DNA from: Octopus vulgaris
Lineage: Eukaryota
Length of the DNA stretch: 64,000 bases
Direction: 5' to 3'
Assembly: GCA_951406725.2 (NCBI GenBank)
Contig: OX597820.1
Span: 73,098,001 to 73,162,000 of the forward strand
The translations under genes and the position numbers were made by a program. Shown here piece after piece: positions 12,579 through 25,239 of the stretch (within the stretch, counting starts at the first letter, position 1; every line of letters starts with the position of its first letter). Below the pieces are notes generated by a model. The model saw only the letters and a program-made list of their open reading frames with translations. It was not told the DNA's origin and did no database searches.

Positions 12579-13043
12579 GGATCTTTTCGGTTTGAACGGC
12601 AGTTTTTAAAAATAATTTCCACGTAACTAAACACTTTTAAACTTCGTATACTGGTAGAATGTGTTTATAAAACCTCTTTTTCTTTTGGCTTTATTGAGAA
12701 AATTCTATAGTTTGTAAGATATTTGTTGTTTTTTTTCTTCAATTTCTGCAATTTCAACCAACCAACCAATCAATGACGTCTATTGAGGTAAAAAACATTC
12801 TGTGCCGTATGAATATTCCCTCGTTTAAGAAACAGATTGGGTTTATTTACATTTGTGAAGAAAAAAAGATACTCTTCCCCCCACCCCTAACCCTAACTCT
12901 AACCCTAACTCTAACCCTAACTCTAACTAACCCTAACCCTAAAACAGATTGAAATGCAATAGATCGATACTAGGGTCATAATTATGGGTGACAATTTCAT
13001 ATGACACCGCTAGAAAAAACTGCCGTTCAAACCGAAAAGATCC
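12579..13043. mobile_element. MITE with 8-bp TSD and internal telomere-like repeats
   Basis: TIR GGATCTTTTCGGTTTGAACGGCAGTTTTT / AAAAACTGCCGTTCAAACCGAAAAGATCC; perfect TSD TAATATGC at 12571-12578 and 13044-13051. Confidence 0.9.
12885..12942. repeat. interstitial (CCCTAA/CTCTAA)n telomere-like repeat
   Basis: About nine to ten CCCTAA-type hexamers inside the MITE. Confidence 0.9.
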
Positions 13044-13949
13044 TAATATGCTAATAATTTTAATGAATTATTATAACATTGATGCGATATTTACTGTATA
13101 CCTACTTTTGCTCCACCCTGTGTGTGTGGAGAAGTTCGAATATCTATCGTGCCGAGATTATTGTCAGTCACACGATGTACAGTAATAAGTAAGTATTTGA
13201 TTTCGACTATTGATTAAGTATTTAATTTTTTACATCAAATTCTATTGACAAATGAATCAATGTCACCCCAGTCCGTTTCCTCTTCCTTAAAAAAGATATC
13301 AATCTTGTTTAATATTGTCTATTCACATATACAAAAATAAAACATCAGATAGTTCGAATATTTTGCCTGATTTAAGCGAAAATAGAAAGCAACTTTTTGT
13401 TGATTGATATATTCTGTGTCGCCTTTCATGAAAATGATTTTGCTTTCAGTGTCATGGATATGAATTTGAATAGCTAATCATGTAAGGCTTCAAAGACATC
13501 GATATATCTTTAATCTTCTTTAAGGTCAGTACGAAAGGCAAGGGCATCGTACACATGGCCAAATCAGAATAAATAAATACCACTAAAATTTGTAGGAGCA
13601 ATTCTCTCAAGTATCTTCTGTCGTTTTTTCATAGCCTTTATCTACGTTGGCCTTAATGTAGCATGAAAAACATAATTCAACGAAATCTTTAAAGTCATAA
13701 TATTTCACTTTTTTAGGAAGAAGCAAAGAGGGTAGTTTATAAAGCGGTAAAATCTGGAGATTTTACTATTTTATAAATCAAAGAAACACTTGGTACAGTA
13801 GTTCTCTGCGTCGACAAAAAGTCATCCAAAGCAGAGTTCGTAGAAAAGGTCAGTGGATTAATTTATCTCGGGGACGTGAAAGAAATTAACGTTTCCAGAT
13901 CTTGGTGGTCATCGTGAAAGCAGAATTGAGAATAAAACAATTGATAAAG

Positions 13950-14270
13950 TGCATCGGTGATGTAGAGTGGTTGACGAGAGGAAGACGGTTAGGGGTGGAG
14001 GCCAATGAGATGTGATGTGAGTAGTGTGTAAGCTGCACAATGAGAGAGGAAGTAATGAATAATAGAAGTGGAGGGATTTGTAACAATATCTGGGTAAGTT
14101 GAAATCGCAGGGATATAATGACGGTCAGGTGAGGTGAGTTGAAAGGTAAATGAGAACGTAGAGCAAAGGAAGAGAAGGGGGATAAGGATAGGCATGTACG
14201 CAATAACAGAGATTAATACACAAAGAGGTGAAGAAAGGAATAGCAGTAATACAATAGGGTCTCGCCTCAC
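13950..14270 (-). pseudogene. decayed APE-endonuclease fragment of a CR1/L2-like LINE
   Basis: Frameshifted translation TVIIS-CDFNLP-DI ... NRLPLV resembles the APE motifs IIxGDFNLPDI ... NxLDLV. Confidence 0.4.
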
Positions 14271-15149
14271 TGCGATTGTATTTTAGCATTCAGAATGTTT
14301 CCTTGAGTTATTTCCTCATAGACTTAGTGTACATCTCATATACACGTGCACGCTCACATCTATGTGCGTGCGTGCATGTGTGCAAATGTATGCATGTGTG
14401 TGCGTGTGTAAGTGTATGCATATGTGTGTGTGTACTTGGTAGAATCAGTAAGCTATGAGCCTTCTACTATATCTGTTTATTTTATTTCTTTTTCTTCTCC
14501 TCCTCCTTCTTCTCCTTCTCCTTCTCCTTCTCCTTCTTTTTCTTCTTCTTCTCCTCCCCTCCTTCTCCTTCTCTCATTGTTTTTCTTTCTCTTTTTCTTC
14601 CCCCTCTTTTTCTTTCTCTTTCTCTCCCTCTGAATTTGTGACCAAACAAATGCCACTTCCTTTATATCTTTCTTCCCCCCTCTCTCTCTCTCCTTCCCTA
14701 TTCTCTTTCTTCCCATCTCTCTCTTCCTCTCCTTATCCCCTTTTCTCTTTCTTTCAGAAGGGTAAATACTCGATACGTTAGCTTCTTTCAATCTTAATGA
14801 CAAACCAACTCGCTCTGTGTGCGCATGTGTGTGTAGAGGTGGATGTAGACAAAATAGAATGCCTTATGCATAATATAACAGAACTCACTTCAACAATTTG
14901 TGCTGATAATGTTGCATAAATAATTTGCTGGAATCTAACAAATTTATTTTGAATTATTGATTACGTTCATGATCGCTTCTAATTTCAGTCTAATAAATTA
15001 TATCGATTCACATACAACGAAAAGATAATACAATATGGATGAATTATGTACAACAATAAGTTATCTATTTACTGATTAACAGTACAAAATTTTAATACAT
15101 AATTTAAAATAACAAATGTTTTATCTTCTTCGTTTAATTTATGATGGCG

Positions 15150-15583
15150 AATATCGAAAGAATCCCGGAGAAACGTTATTCAAAATAATACACAGCTCGG
15201 TGATCAGGAAGTCTCTCTAGGTCAAGATGCTACTTCGGATTGAGTGGTCACATTTCTGGAACTACGGATATGTTATTAGAATATCGCTGGGAGAAATCGT
15301 ATGACGGATTCTTCAAACCGAGCAAACCGGCTTGACATCTACGGGAAACCAAGAACGAGATGGTTAGCTAATACTCATAACCTCTGTTTAGTCACGCCGG
15401 GGAATCCAGCTGAAAAGTTAAATGACAGTCGCTTCCGATAGAACCTATGGGAGAGGTGGGGGAGAATTCTACCCCCATGACTCTCCGATGGATAGCGGGA
15501 GAAGATGGATGGATGGATGGATGGATGGATGGATGGATGGATGGATGGATGGATGGATGGATGGATGGATGGATGGATTGATG

Positions 15584-15622
<39 letters not shown>
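15150..15622 (+). mobile_element. RTE LINE 3' end with (GGAT)n/(GATT)n tail
   Basis: Frameshifted translation ..IEWSHFWNYGYVIRI..RILQTEQTG..GKPRTRWLANTHNL matches the RTE C-terminus (QLRWYGHVxRM..GRPRTRW); microsatellite tail 15505-15622. Confidence 0.7.
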
Positions 15623-15623
<1 letters not shown>

Positions 15624-16249
15624 ATAGCACGCTGACATAATTGTTTGTGGATGCTGAGTGTACAGCAGTTTTCTCAACGATTTTCTCATCCAATACTTGA
15701 TATATTACAGAACTATATGCGGAAAAAAAAAATGATTGCTCTACCAATGAATGATTTTCGTGACATGCCTTTCGAATTCCTAGTCTGAACATTTGGACAA
15801 AGCGCTTTGCTTTGCTGCCTGAAACCAGATGAAAAACAGGTGGCGTCGAATGTCGAATGTTTTGCATTCGTTTTATTGCAAAACTGTTTAAATTTAGTTT
15901 ATGTAAATTTAGTTATTGTTGAATATAATTGCTTTGGACAACCCTTATATGAAGTTTTGTCAGTTCAGTGTTTATGAGTTGTTGTTGGCGATGTTGGTGG
16001 AACAAGTCAAGAACAAGTCAATGACAATCACAATGTATTTTTATCCAATGACAAAACGATGCTTAATTCAAAATGTCGTCGACTTTTGTCTTTTATCTTT
16101 CACTTGCTTCAATCATTAGACTGCGGCCATGCTGGAGCAGCGCCTTGAAAGGTTTTAGTCGGACAAATCAACACCAGTATTTTTTTTTAAGTCCGGTATT
16201 TATCCTATCAGATTCTTTTGCCGAACCCAATATTTTATTTATATCATAA

Positions 16250-16766
16250 CTAGCAGTATCGCCCGGCGTTGCTCGGGTTTGTAAGGGAAATAACTATATA
16301 AGCATTTTTAGAGAGTTACTTCCTTTATAGATGCCAATTCGGGCTTTCTTAGCCATTTCTGTTTTGGTGTCTTCAAGCCATGAAGTCGTTGTTCTAAAAG
16401 AACGCTGGTCTCCTTGACAACGCATTACGACGTTGATTTCCTTAAACTCCCTTCCCCACAGCTTCACGAGGGAGGGAAGAAGGGGGAGAAGCAAACACAG
16501 GTGCAGGTGTTTGAACGTGGACGCCAACTCCGCCGCCATCGACACACGAAAAGTTATGCATTAAAATGGAATAAAAAATGATGTTAAATTATTTTTAAAA
16601 TCGTAGACTCATCGTAGACGCGCGCTAATAGCCAGACGGGCTCGATATTAATCACGACTATAAGATAGCCGAATTTGGTTAAACTGCACCGCAAAATGTG
16701 GGAGGAGTTAGGAATCTAAATCGTAGGAGACAGACACTCACACAACTACAGTTTTATATATATAGA
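16250..16766 (-). mobile_element. non-autonomous Helitron
   Basis: Minus strand begins TC(TATATATATAAAA) and ends CCCGAGCAACGCCGGG hairpin + CTAG; inserted between A and T with no TSD. Confidence 0.85.
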
Positions 16767-17592
16767 TATAACATAACATACTATGAATATAAGATAACAT
16801 AAAAATTATAAAACACCCAAACGAGCCAACTATATTTGTTCCGACTTATATACACTATTTGATTTATAAACAATTTATATCCATTTATATAAGTCTCTTC
16901 AGTGTTTTGGTTCAAAAGACAGACGAAATTCCGTGTGAAAGGACGGCTGGATTGTAAAAACATTAATTTAAATGCGTATATTTTTGTGAGCGTGAGTAAC
17001 TACATAACCATTACAATTGAAAAAAAAATTATAACGGACAAAATAATTAAGTTCAATTCCCGGCGACGCGTTGTGTCCTTGAGCAAGACACTTTATTTCA
17101 CGTTGAACCAGTCCACTCAGCTGGCAAAAAAAATGAGTACCTTTATTTTCAAGAGCCAGCCTTGTCACACTCTATGTCATGCCGAATCTCCCTGACAACT
17201 ACGTTAAGGGTACACGTGTCTGTGGAGTGTTCAGCCACTTGCACGTTAATTTCACGAGCAAGCTGTTCCGTTGATCCGATCAACCAGAACACTCGTCGTC
17301 GTAACCGACGGAGCGCTCCTCAAAGTGTGTATATATATATATATATATATATATTCACGTGTGTGTGTGTTTGACTGTGTTTACCCCCACCTCCGTTTGA
17401 CGACCGATGTTTGTGTGTTTACGTCCTCACAAGCTAGAAGTTCGGCTAAATAAAATGAGAGAATAAGTACCAGGCTTTAAAAATTAAGTACTGTGGTCCA
17501 AGTTCAACTAAAATATTTCACGCATGGCCACAATCTAATGACTGAAACAAGTAACAGGTCATATATATATATACATACATACATGCATATAA

Positions 17593-17697
<105 letters not shown>

Positions 17698-17849
17698 TCA
17701 CTGTGATCCGTGAGTAGGAGAGGTGCAGCCAGAGGGTAAGTGTCCGTAGAGGTGAAGAATCCGTGAAGGTAAAAAGTCCAGTGGAGAGAGGTAGAATATC
17801 CGTAGAGGTCCGTAAAGGTGAAAGCTCAGAACCGAAGAGTGATGTTCTA

Positions 17850-18820
17850 CTGACGAAATTAACAGCAAATTTTTTCAGCGTTATGTGTTAGCTCTGAGAA
17901 GCCGATCACTGGTTTCAATTCATCAAAACTTTATCGATGATCATCTGTCAATAGAAACGGTATGAGTTTTATCATAAATTATATATCGGAGCAGCAAAGT
18001 TTATCTTGTCCTTAATGAACCTGCCATAATATCCAACTTTTGAAATTAATGCTAATATTTCATTCGCAGTTTTTCGAATCGGTAAATTTTTCGGAATAAT
18101 CTTTTGTCAGATGCACTAATAATATGGCCAAGATAATCGATATTTTATGCGAAAAATGATCTTTTTTTTTTTACTTTGCTCTTATTACTTTACTTCTTTT
18201 TTCTTTTTTTTTTTTTTACTTTATTAATTATTCAAATGTTCATCCGTCATCGTCCCACTGAAAATGATATCGTCCAGATTTGCGGGACACAGCTTTATTC
18301 CGGATAGATTTTAATCGATAAAACATTGAAATATAGCAGGCGTATTGGCATTGAAGAATGGCGTCAATTGTACTTACTTGTAAAGAATCAAAAGCGTATT
18401 TATCTCAGTAATTTTATTGTTATTTTTCTGTCTAATCGATCTTTAAATATGCATCTTTTAAACTAATTACTTTGAAGTTGTTTTGTTTTGTTTTTTTCAC
18501 ACCCTCCAGTTTATGGAATGCCTCAAATCGAGGTTTTTGGCGACAATCTTTAATCTTTTCTTTAGACTTTAAAAATCGCTACCGAAGCGAACTTTTCTGT
18601 TCGACTCCCAAACAGCAACGATTGGCACAGCGCAATTATTGTAATCAATCGTTGACAATATAATGCTGAATACTTCACATTCTTGTCTTTTTTTATATAT
18701 TTTTTTTTATCAACTTGGGTTTTGAAAATGGTAATGGTCTAGTTATCCAGTAAATTGGTTCCGTATTTGGAGATAGTCAAATTATGGCCTGTATTTTTGT
18801 GCAACGGCCTAAGCCATATA

Positions 18821-18873
<53 letters not shown>

Positions 18874-19500
18874 ATATATATATATACTGTACATATATAT
18901 ATATATATATATATATACCTTAAACGTATTTAGCACGATTTTAATATTCAAATCATTGAACAATATTAATAATATTATTGAGCATATAATATTACTGCAA
19001 TGTATTAAATGCTTTTAACCATTTAATTTCGAATAAATATCAACCCATTTCAGAATCGATATTATAGCTTCTAAATTGTGGCGTTTATATTTCCAATTTT
19101 AATATTTAATCGGCATTTTCCTTGAATTGGAATTTTTTATTACAATAAGCTTTTAATTTTATCGATACAGGCTTTAATGGTGGATATCCGATAATTTTAT
19201 ATGTTTAAATCAAAGTTCCAGTTGTGCCGGTATCTAATTCAAATATAATCAATTTATTATTGATTTTTGCTAAAATATAATTTATTTCCGATGTCTTCAT
19301 ACAAACTTTTAATGTATACCGAATTAGCTTCAATATTTAATATATTTGATTCGTATATACCGCCGATAGAATTTTCACGATGTTTGTCGTTTTTATAAAT
19401 GGCTTGACGATTTTTAGCAAAGCTGAAATGCTTTGAAATACATTAAGACATTAATGCATTATATTATAAATTCCCTAATGATTTCGGTTACTATTGATTT
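17850..19500 (-). pseudogene. decayed Gypsy (Mag-like) LTR-retrotransposon pol: protease + reverse transcriptase
   Basis: Minus-strand translation across stops/frameshifts: IIFELDTGTTGTLI..YKIIGYPPLKPVSIKLKAY (protease); GLGRCTKIQA..RPLPF..AVPIVAV..KVRFGSDF; LKDAYLKI..PAIFQ..NLDDIIFSG..DEHLNN; IDYLGHII..VGYYGRFI (RT); interrupted by (CT)n/(TA)n. Confidence 0.8.
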
Positions 19501-20026
19501 CATGAAAAACAGGGAGACCAACAGCAAATGTATTCGAGCCAGGCTTATAGGTTAATGGGTTGTTGTATTTTTTTTTTTGTGGGTTTTTATTTTTCATTTC
19601 TCTTTCATCTCTTTCGTTTCTTTCAGTCATAGGATCGGAAAAGTTTAGTCGAATAAATCGAACCCTTATTTTGTTTTTTAAAGTCGTGTTACTTATTCAA
19701 TCAGCTTCTTTTGCCGAACAGTTAAGTTGCGGGGACATAAAAAGATCAACATCGGTTGTCAAGCAGCGCTGGGGGACAGTCACAAACTCAAAAAAACACA
19801 CATGCATATATACATGTCTTTCTATATCTTTTTTTCTATTTCGGTTTATGGACTGCGGCCATTCAGGGTCACTGTCTAAAATGGTTAGGCAATAAAAATC
19901 GAGTCCAGTACTTATTTTTTAAGTCTGATAACTTAGTCAATCAGTCCCTTTTACCGAACCGCTAAGTTACAGGGGGCATAAATAAATCAACCCTGGTTGT
20001 CAAGCAGTGGGGGAGCATGAAGCCAG

Positions 20027-20084
<58 letters not shown>

Positions 20085-20506
20085 ACATACACACACACGC
20101 ACACGCACACATACACACACACACGCACACATATAATATAAGTGAGTAACAAAAAGGTTCAGGTGGCAATCCATTACGGCCGTTTCCAACGACTCCTTTA
20201 ACTGATTAATGAAAACATATCATTGTAAAGAAACCGTTTTCGTCAGAGGAATTCATGAGCTTCAAGCATAAAGGACAATTCGACACATTTCCCATAGTTA
20301 CAAATTCACAGAGGAAAAACCTATTTACAATGATTCTACTACTATTCAGTTGGCAGAATGAACTTACCAGAATAGTGAATATTTGGTCAGAATAAAGAAA
20401 ACAAAGGGCCTAGCAGAGCTTATAGTAGGGGGAAGAAGTAATTGACTCAAGTGACCCAGTTATCTATACTTCTAGCAATAGAAGGATTAGCTCCAATCGT
20501 CTAGAT

Positions 20507-21055
20507 CAGTGGTTCCCAAACTTTTTCGAGCTGCCTAGACATTCAGGTCACTTTCCTAACGCCCCTCTCCAACTAATCATCACAAACACAGACCTCTTTC
20601 TGAAGCAATGTAGCTAACCAATATATATTTCTTTACTGCCCACAAGGGGCTAAACATAGAGGAGACAAACAAGGACAGACAAAGGGATTAAGTCGATTAC
20701 ATCGATCCCAGTGCGTAACTGGTACTTAATTTATCGACCCCGAAAGGATGAAAGGTAAAGTCGACCTCGGCGGAATTTGAACTCAGAACGTAACGGCAGA
20801 CGAAATGCTGCAAAGCATTTCACCCGACGTGCCAACGTTTCTGCCAGCTCGCCGCCTTTGTAGCTAACCAATATAGCTTAACCTAATGAACCCATTATCT
20901 TGTTTTTACATGAAGCACTACTCCATTATCACCCCACTTTTTACATGAATCGCCCAACTTTTTACACGAGTCCCTACCGCATTATCAACCCACTTTTCTT
21001 CAATGCCTCCTTGGAACCTTTCACCGACCCCAGTTCTCCACTTTGAGAACCACTA
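20507..21055. mobile_element. hAT (Charlie/Buster-type) MITE
   Basis: TIR CAGTGGTTCCCAAA / TTTGAGAACCACTA; 8-bp TSD GTCTAGAT at 20499-20506 and 21056-21063. Confidence 0.85.
20626..20858 (-). mobile_element. MetaSINE-like monomer nested in the hAT MITE
   Basis: Full head to tail; 17-bp TSD TGTAGCTAACCAATATA at 20609-20625 and 20859-20875. Confidence 0.9.
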
Positions 21056-22129
21056 GTCTAGATTTATATATTAAGGAAATTGCTTATCTCTATTGGTCAG
21101 TGGTGAGAAAAGTAATTAATGTCAGGTCAGCCTGCTAAGTTATCATATGTGATGAAGCGAGACCTCGGCCTTATCTTCGCAAATGGACCAGGCGCAGAGT
21201 AGTAATAAGGGAGTGAGTGAGGGGGAAGGGATGATAATGAGAAGAATGAGATAAAGGGCTTCCACACAGTTTTTGTCTCCCTAATTCACTCACAAGGCAT
21301 TGGTCGGCCCGGTGTTGCAGTAGATGACACTTGTTCAAGGTGTCATACAGTGGGACTGAACCCAAAAGGACGAGGCCGCAAAGAAAGCTTCTAACCACAC
21401 AGCCATCAGCCATTCCTTAACCAAGAAATAGCAGAAATATAGAAAACATCTTCCTTTTGTCTATTTTGACTTTGTTGCTACGTGAGATTTTGACAGTATA
21501 GGATTTCGCTTTGACGAAAACTTTAACCTATTTTGGAGGCCTTAGAAAAAGAAGTTGGCACCGGCATTTCTTTTCATCAGACTAAACTATATGAGATTGG
21601 ATGAAAGAAAGGAAGAGAGAGAGAGAGGGAGAGGGGCAGAGAGAGGGGGAAAGAGAGAAAAGGAGAGAACCAAAACAGTGTGTTTATGGACAGATGTTAT
21701 ATTTTAAAGTGTCTATTTCGGCTTCTCTCTCTCTCTCTATCTATCTATTTATCTATCTTTCTCTTCTCTCTCACCCTGTCTCTCTCTCTTTCTCTTCTCT
21801 TCACTCTCCTTTTCTCTCTCTCTTTCTCTTTTCTTCTCTTCTCTCTCTCGCTCTCTCTCTCTTTCCCATCTGTCTCTGAGTTTGAATCTTCGTTCTTACA
21901 ATTCATAGATTAACAAATTGTAGCGTAATTCTATTTACTGCTTCTAAAACTGTTATTTCAGTGACCTCTTTTCTTCAGAGCTATCTGCTCGAATGCGACT
22001 TCCATTCAATCCTTCGGCAATTCTTCTCCCTTGGTCACCATGGTCACTCATATTGTGTCTCTAGATAAATCTGTATCCCCGTTCCTTCTATCCTCCAAAT
22101 GTCAGCATTCGAGAATTTACCCATTGCAA

Positions 22130-22700
22130 GCGCATGTATTCTTCCTGTAGAAAGACAAACGAAGCCAGTCGATGAGTAAATTGTTTGAGGTGATCATGGC
22201 TGCGCGACGGCCACGCGCACACAAATGGCCAGGAACTTTTCCACTGCGGCTTAAGAATTGAGACGTGCTGTCTTGTTGAGGCTGGTTGCAGCGAGCTGCC
22301 AGTGTCTATCCGCATTTGTCATGCCTGCCCGCCAGGCGTTGCTCTCTTCCGCCGGAGTCATTCCATGGGGGTTTGAGATTACCCTTCTCTGCTTGCTTCG
22401 CCGTTGGGGCCTAGATGTTGGTGTTTGGTCGTGTTTAGTCTGAGACCTCATCCTCGACCTTGCCGCCATGGGTAGCCCCGCCAGGAGTCTAGGACTCCAG
22501 GCGGCGTCGCTCTCGGAGTCATTGGGACACACAAGCTCTTCCACCACGGTAAAGGACGACCATCGGAAGAGCCAGCTCCTTCGAGCAGAATGAGGAGTTA
22601 AAATGCAAGAGAAGAAAGGAGTCTTCAGCATCCTCGACCCGCACCGACCATCCTGTGTGAATTCTGTCCACGACTCTTTCACTCTTTCACCACCAACTTG
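22130..22700 (-). mobile_element. internally deleted (bipartite) RTE element
   Basis: RTE/Expander-type 5'UTR motif CCGTGGTGGAAGAGCTTGTGTGTCCCAATGA...CCCATGGCGGCAAGGTC joined within ~100 bp to a BovB-like C-terminal remnant (AEESNAWRAGMTNADRHWQ). Confidence 0.65.
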
Positions 22701-23134
22701 GACTCTAAAGTCACATTCGGTACAAGCACATCTGCCGAGGAGACTGGATGGAGACTAACGAACCCAATGCTCAGATACGAACTGGAGCCGACGATTCTTC
22801 CTGTATATGTCAGTTTCTAGCTTTTCAAACATGCCAGCCCCGTTGATCTTACCGGTTTCGTATGTCCTACCAAAACCATGAGTACAGATCCTTTCGAATC
22901 AAACCATTAATTTCTAGCATCCCTGAACAACTGGCCTTACACTCTAATTCATACCTTTTTGAAAATGCCTAATAAAACACACTTCCAATAATTTTGTTCA
23001 ATAATTCTGGAGCCCAAGTTGCATCAAATTTTCTTTGGCATCAGCGATCTTAATTTGTTACAAATTATACATTTAAAACATTCTTTAGCCATATATCTGT
23101 TTTCTTCTGCTTGGTTTGGTTTTAGTGAGCAGAT

Positions 23135-23445
23135 TTACAGAGGGGAAAGTCCACGTTTGTTCCAGGCTTGTTGATGTCCGACAAGTTCGATTCGGAACAG
23201 ACAGTTACGAACGCAAACGTGGTAGGCTGGTGTAGGTTGGTCGTAGTGTTCTTGTTTTTCCTCTTTTTCTCTTGTCTGCAAATATGGACCTGCGGATATC
23301 TTCAGAGAAGGCTGTTCCAGTGGAGGTAGGGAGATGCCGGGGCTTCCTGGTGGCCGGTAAGTACAGACCACTGGTGGTGAGTAATGTAGCAGATGCTGAA
23401 AGATTTCTTTAGGGAGTTTTAGTACCTCTTCTTTGGTGCTCCTTT
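23135..23445 (-). mobile_element. RTE-BovB LINE 3' fragment
   Basis: Translation GAPKKRY*NSLKKS..HQWSVL..CVRNCLFRIELVGHQQAW resembles the BovB C-terminal KRYKDxLK..CxRxCxSRIGLxSH region. Confidence 0.7.
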
Positions 23446-23544
23446 AAATACATTCTAGTTTACTATATAAAGTATCACACTGGTTTATAATATTCTGTTC
23501 CACCGGAATTATCGGGAATTAAAACTAATCGATTTAAACCACAG

Positions 23545-23714
23545 AAGTCACCGGTGAATCCCATGTTATATTAAAAATATAGAGTGGTGAGTCACTGGTG
23601 ACTCCCATATTACGTTAAGAATATAGCGCAATGAGTCACCGGTGATTCTTGTTCTATATTAAGAACATATCGTAGGGAAGTCACCGGTGACTTCCATGGT
23701 AGGTAAAGTGTTAA
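23545..23714. repeat. four ~44-bp tandem units with palindromic GTCACCGGTGA(C) core, probable DNA-transposon subterminal array
   Basis: Cores start at ~23547, 23591, 23635 and 23680; array ends GGTAGGTAAAGTG-TTAA. Confidence 0.65.
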
Positions 23715-24424
23715 GAAATTATTTTAAAAAACAGAATTAGACTACTGACATCATAATGACTAATAAACACAAGAGAAAAAGCATGAGATATTGAACACGT
23801 GATTTTTAAATTATAAAATGAAACATTTATTTTGGCTGCAGGAAGGAAGTATTAAACCAATTAAAATAGTAAAGAATTCAGGAACAAGTTCATTAAAATT
23901 CAACAAAAACGAAAAAAAAAGTAAATAAATAAACAATAATTTGGTCGTATGTTAACACAGTATTAAAGATTTATATAAATTAACATTTTGACTTAATTGA
24001 AGTAACATATTTAAATGCGTTTGAATAACTAATGTTGGAATTATTTTCTCACAAGACGTCTACGCTCTATAATAAAGAGTCTATAATAACATTGACGTTT
24101 CTAGTAAAAGAAATCAATTATTTCTAAAAATTCGGTTCGCAACATTTTCTCGTCTGTCAGCATCGATATCGACTGATATCCGCTGACAAAAAGATTGAGA
24201 TGTTTAATAATAAAAAAAAATATGGCAATTTATTTTTATTTATTTATTTGTTTTTCTTTTTTTTTTCTTGTCGAAACCAAGATAAAATAAGTCTTTAACC
24301 TTAATAATCTTATAATCTTAGAGTGACAGCGATACAATCAACAGATTGTTTGAGCAGGAAATATTTAAACTATAAATAGAGGAGTTGCATATCGGAAATA
24401 TAACTGGGACAGCTAACGTTCCGT

Positions 24425-24930
24425 TCCCTGATACAGCTTACGGGTGCTCTGGGACGCATCATCAATGATGTTTCTGGGATCTCGGAGTAGGAAGAACGGT
24501 TTCGGGTCTTTCAATATCAAATCCCTCGACCCGCCCAATCGACCCAGTCGGAGTTGACCAGATCCCAGTTTGCATTCCATTATCAGCAAACCAATGGTTT
24601 ACCCTCTATCCAAAGTCACCTAGTGACCTATTCTGCAGCCTCAGTAATAGAATTTAGGCCCCCTTCCTTTTTGCTATACTAGTGACTTCAAGTTCAGTCA
24701 GAGCTTTTCAAAATGAACGCCCCACAAAACCTTGCCAGCCTTCGTTTCTGCACTGCTTCACCAGCTTCTGGTATCTGACAGGCTTCCTCTCACGAACCTC
24801 CTCTATGTATTCTTCCCAGGGCATAATCAATTAATTGGTGCTCATATATCTCTGAAATTCTTTGGCTCATCAGTGCTTGTGAAAGATGTTCTGCTGGAAT
24901 ATTCATGGTTTCGGCTAATTTCTGATTTGT
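24425..24930 (-). mobile_element. HERO/NeSL-type non-LTR element 3' end (restriction-like endonuclease)
   Basis: Translation PWEEYIEEVRERKPVRYQKLVKQCRNEGW..GFVGRSF*KAL..ITEAAE..LWI matches the HERO motif ELTVPWEE..ERK..KY..GW..GF. Confidence 0.7.
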
Positions 24931-25184
24931 CTCACCGAAAAGAGACAACAGTCTATCAAAAGTTTTGGGCATTAAAGTATATGAATTCAGCCCTGAAAGC
25001 TTTTGAAATGTACAGCACTTTCACATTGCTTAGCCTGTCTATTTTTCCATGTTACATACTATATGAATCGGCAGAGAAAACTGTAAATAAATCAGCAGAC
25101 GACAACAGAAAAATCAAGTTGTATCTTTCTTAAGACAAATTATGAATCTGAGGAGGCCCATAATTGCGTTCTGAAGGCACGGCA

Positions 25185-25239
<55 letters not shown>

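Larger units (their letters stand above)
12396..13120. mobile_element. Tc1/mariner-type MITE hosting a nested MITE
   Basis: TIR CAGGGTGGTGCAAAAGTAGGTATACAGT / ACTGTATACCTACTTTTGCTCCACCCTG; TA on the left, TG on the right. Confidence 0.8.

Noticed and set aside
23545-23714. CRISPR-like repeat-spacer array
   Set aside because: Spacers are homologous to each other, the repeat core is only ~12 bp, the context is eukaryotic and there are no cas genes
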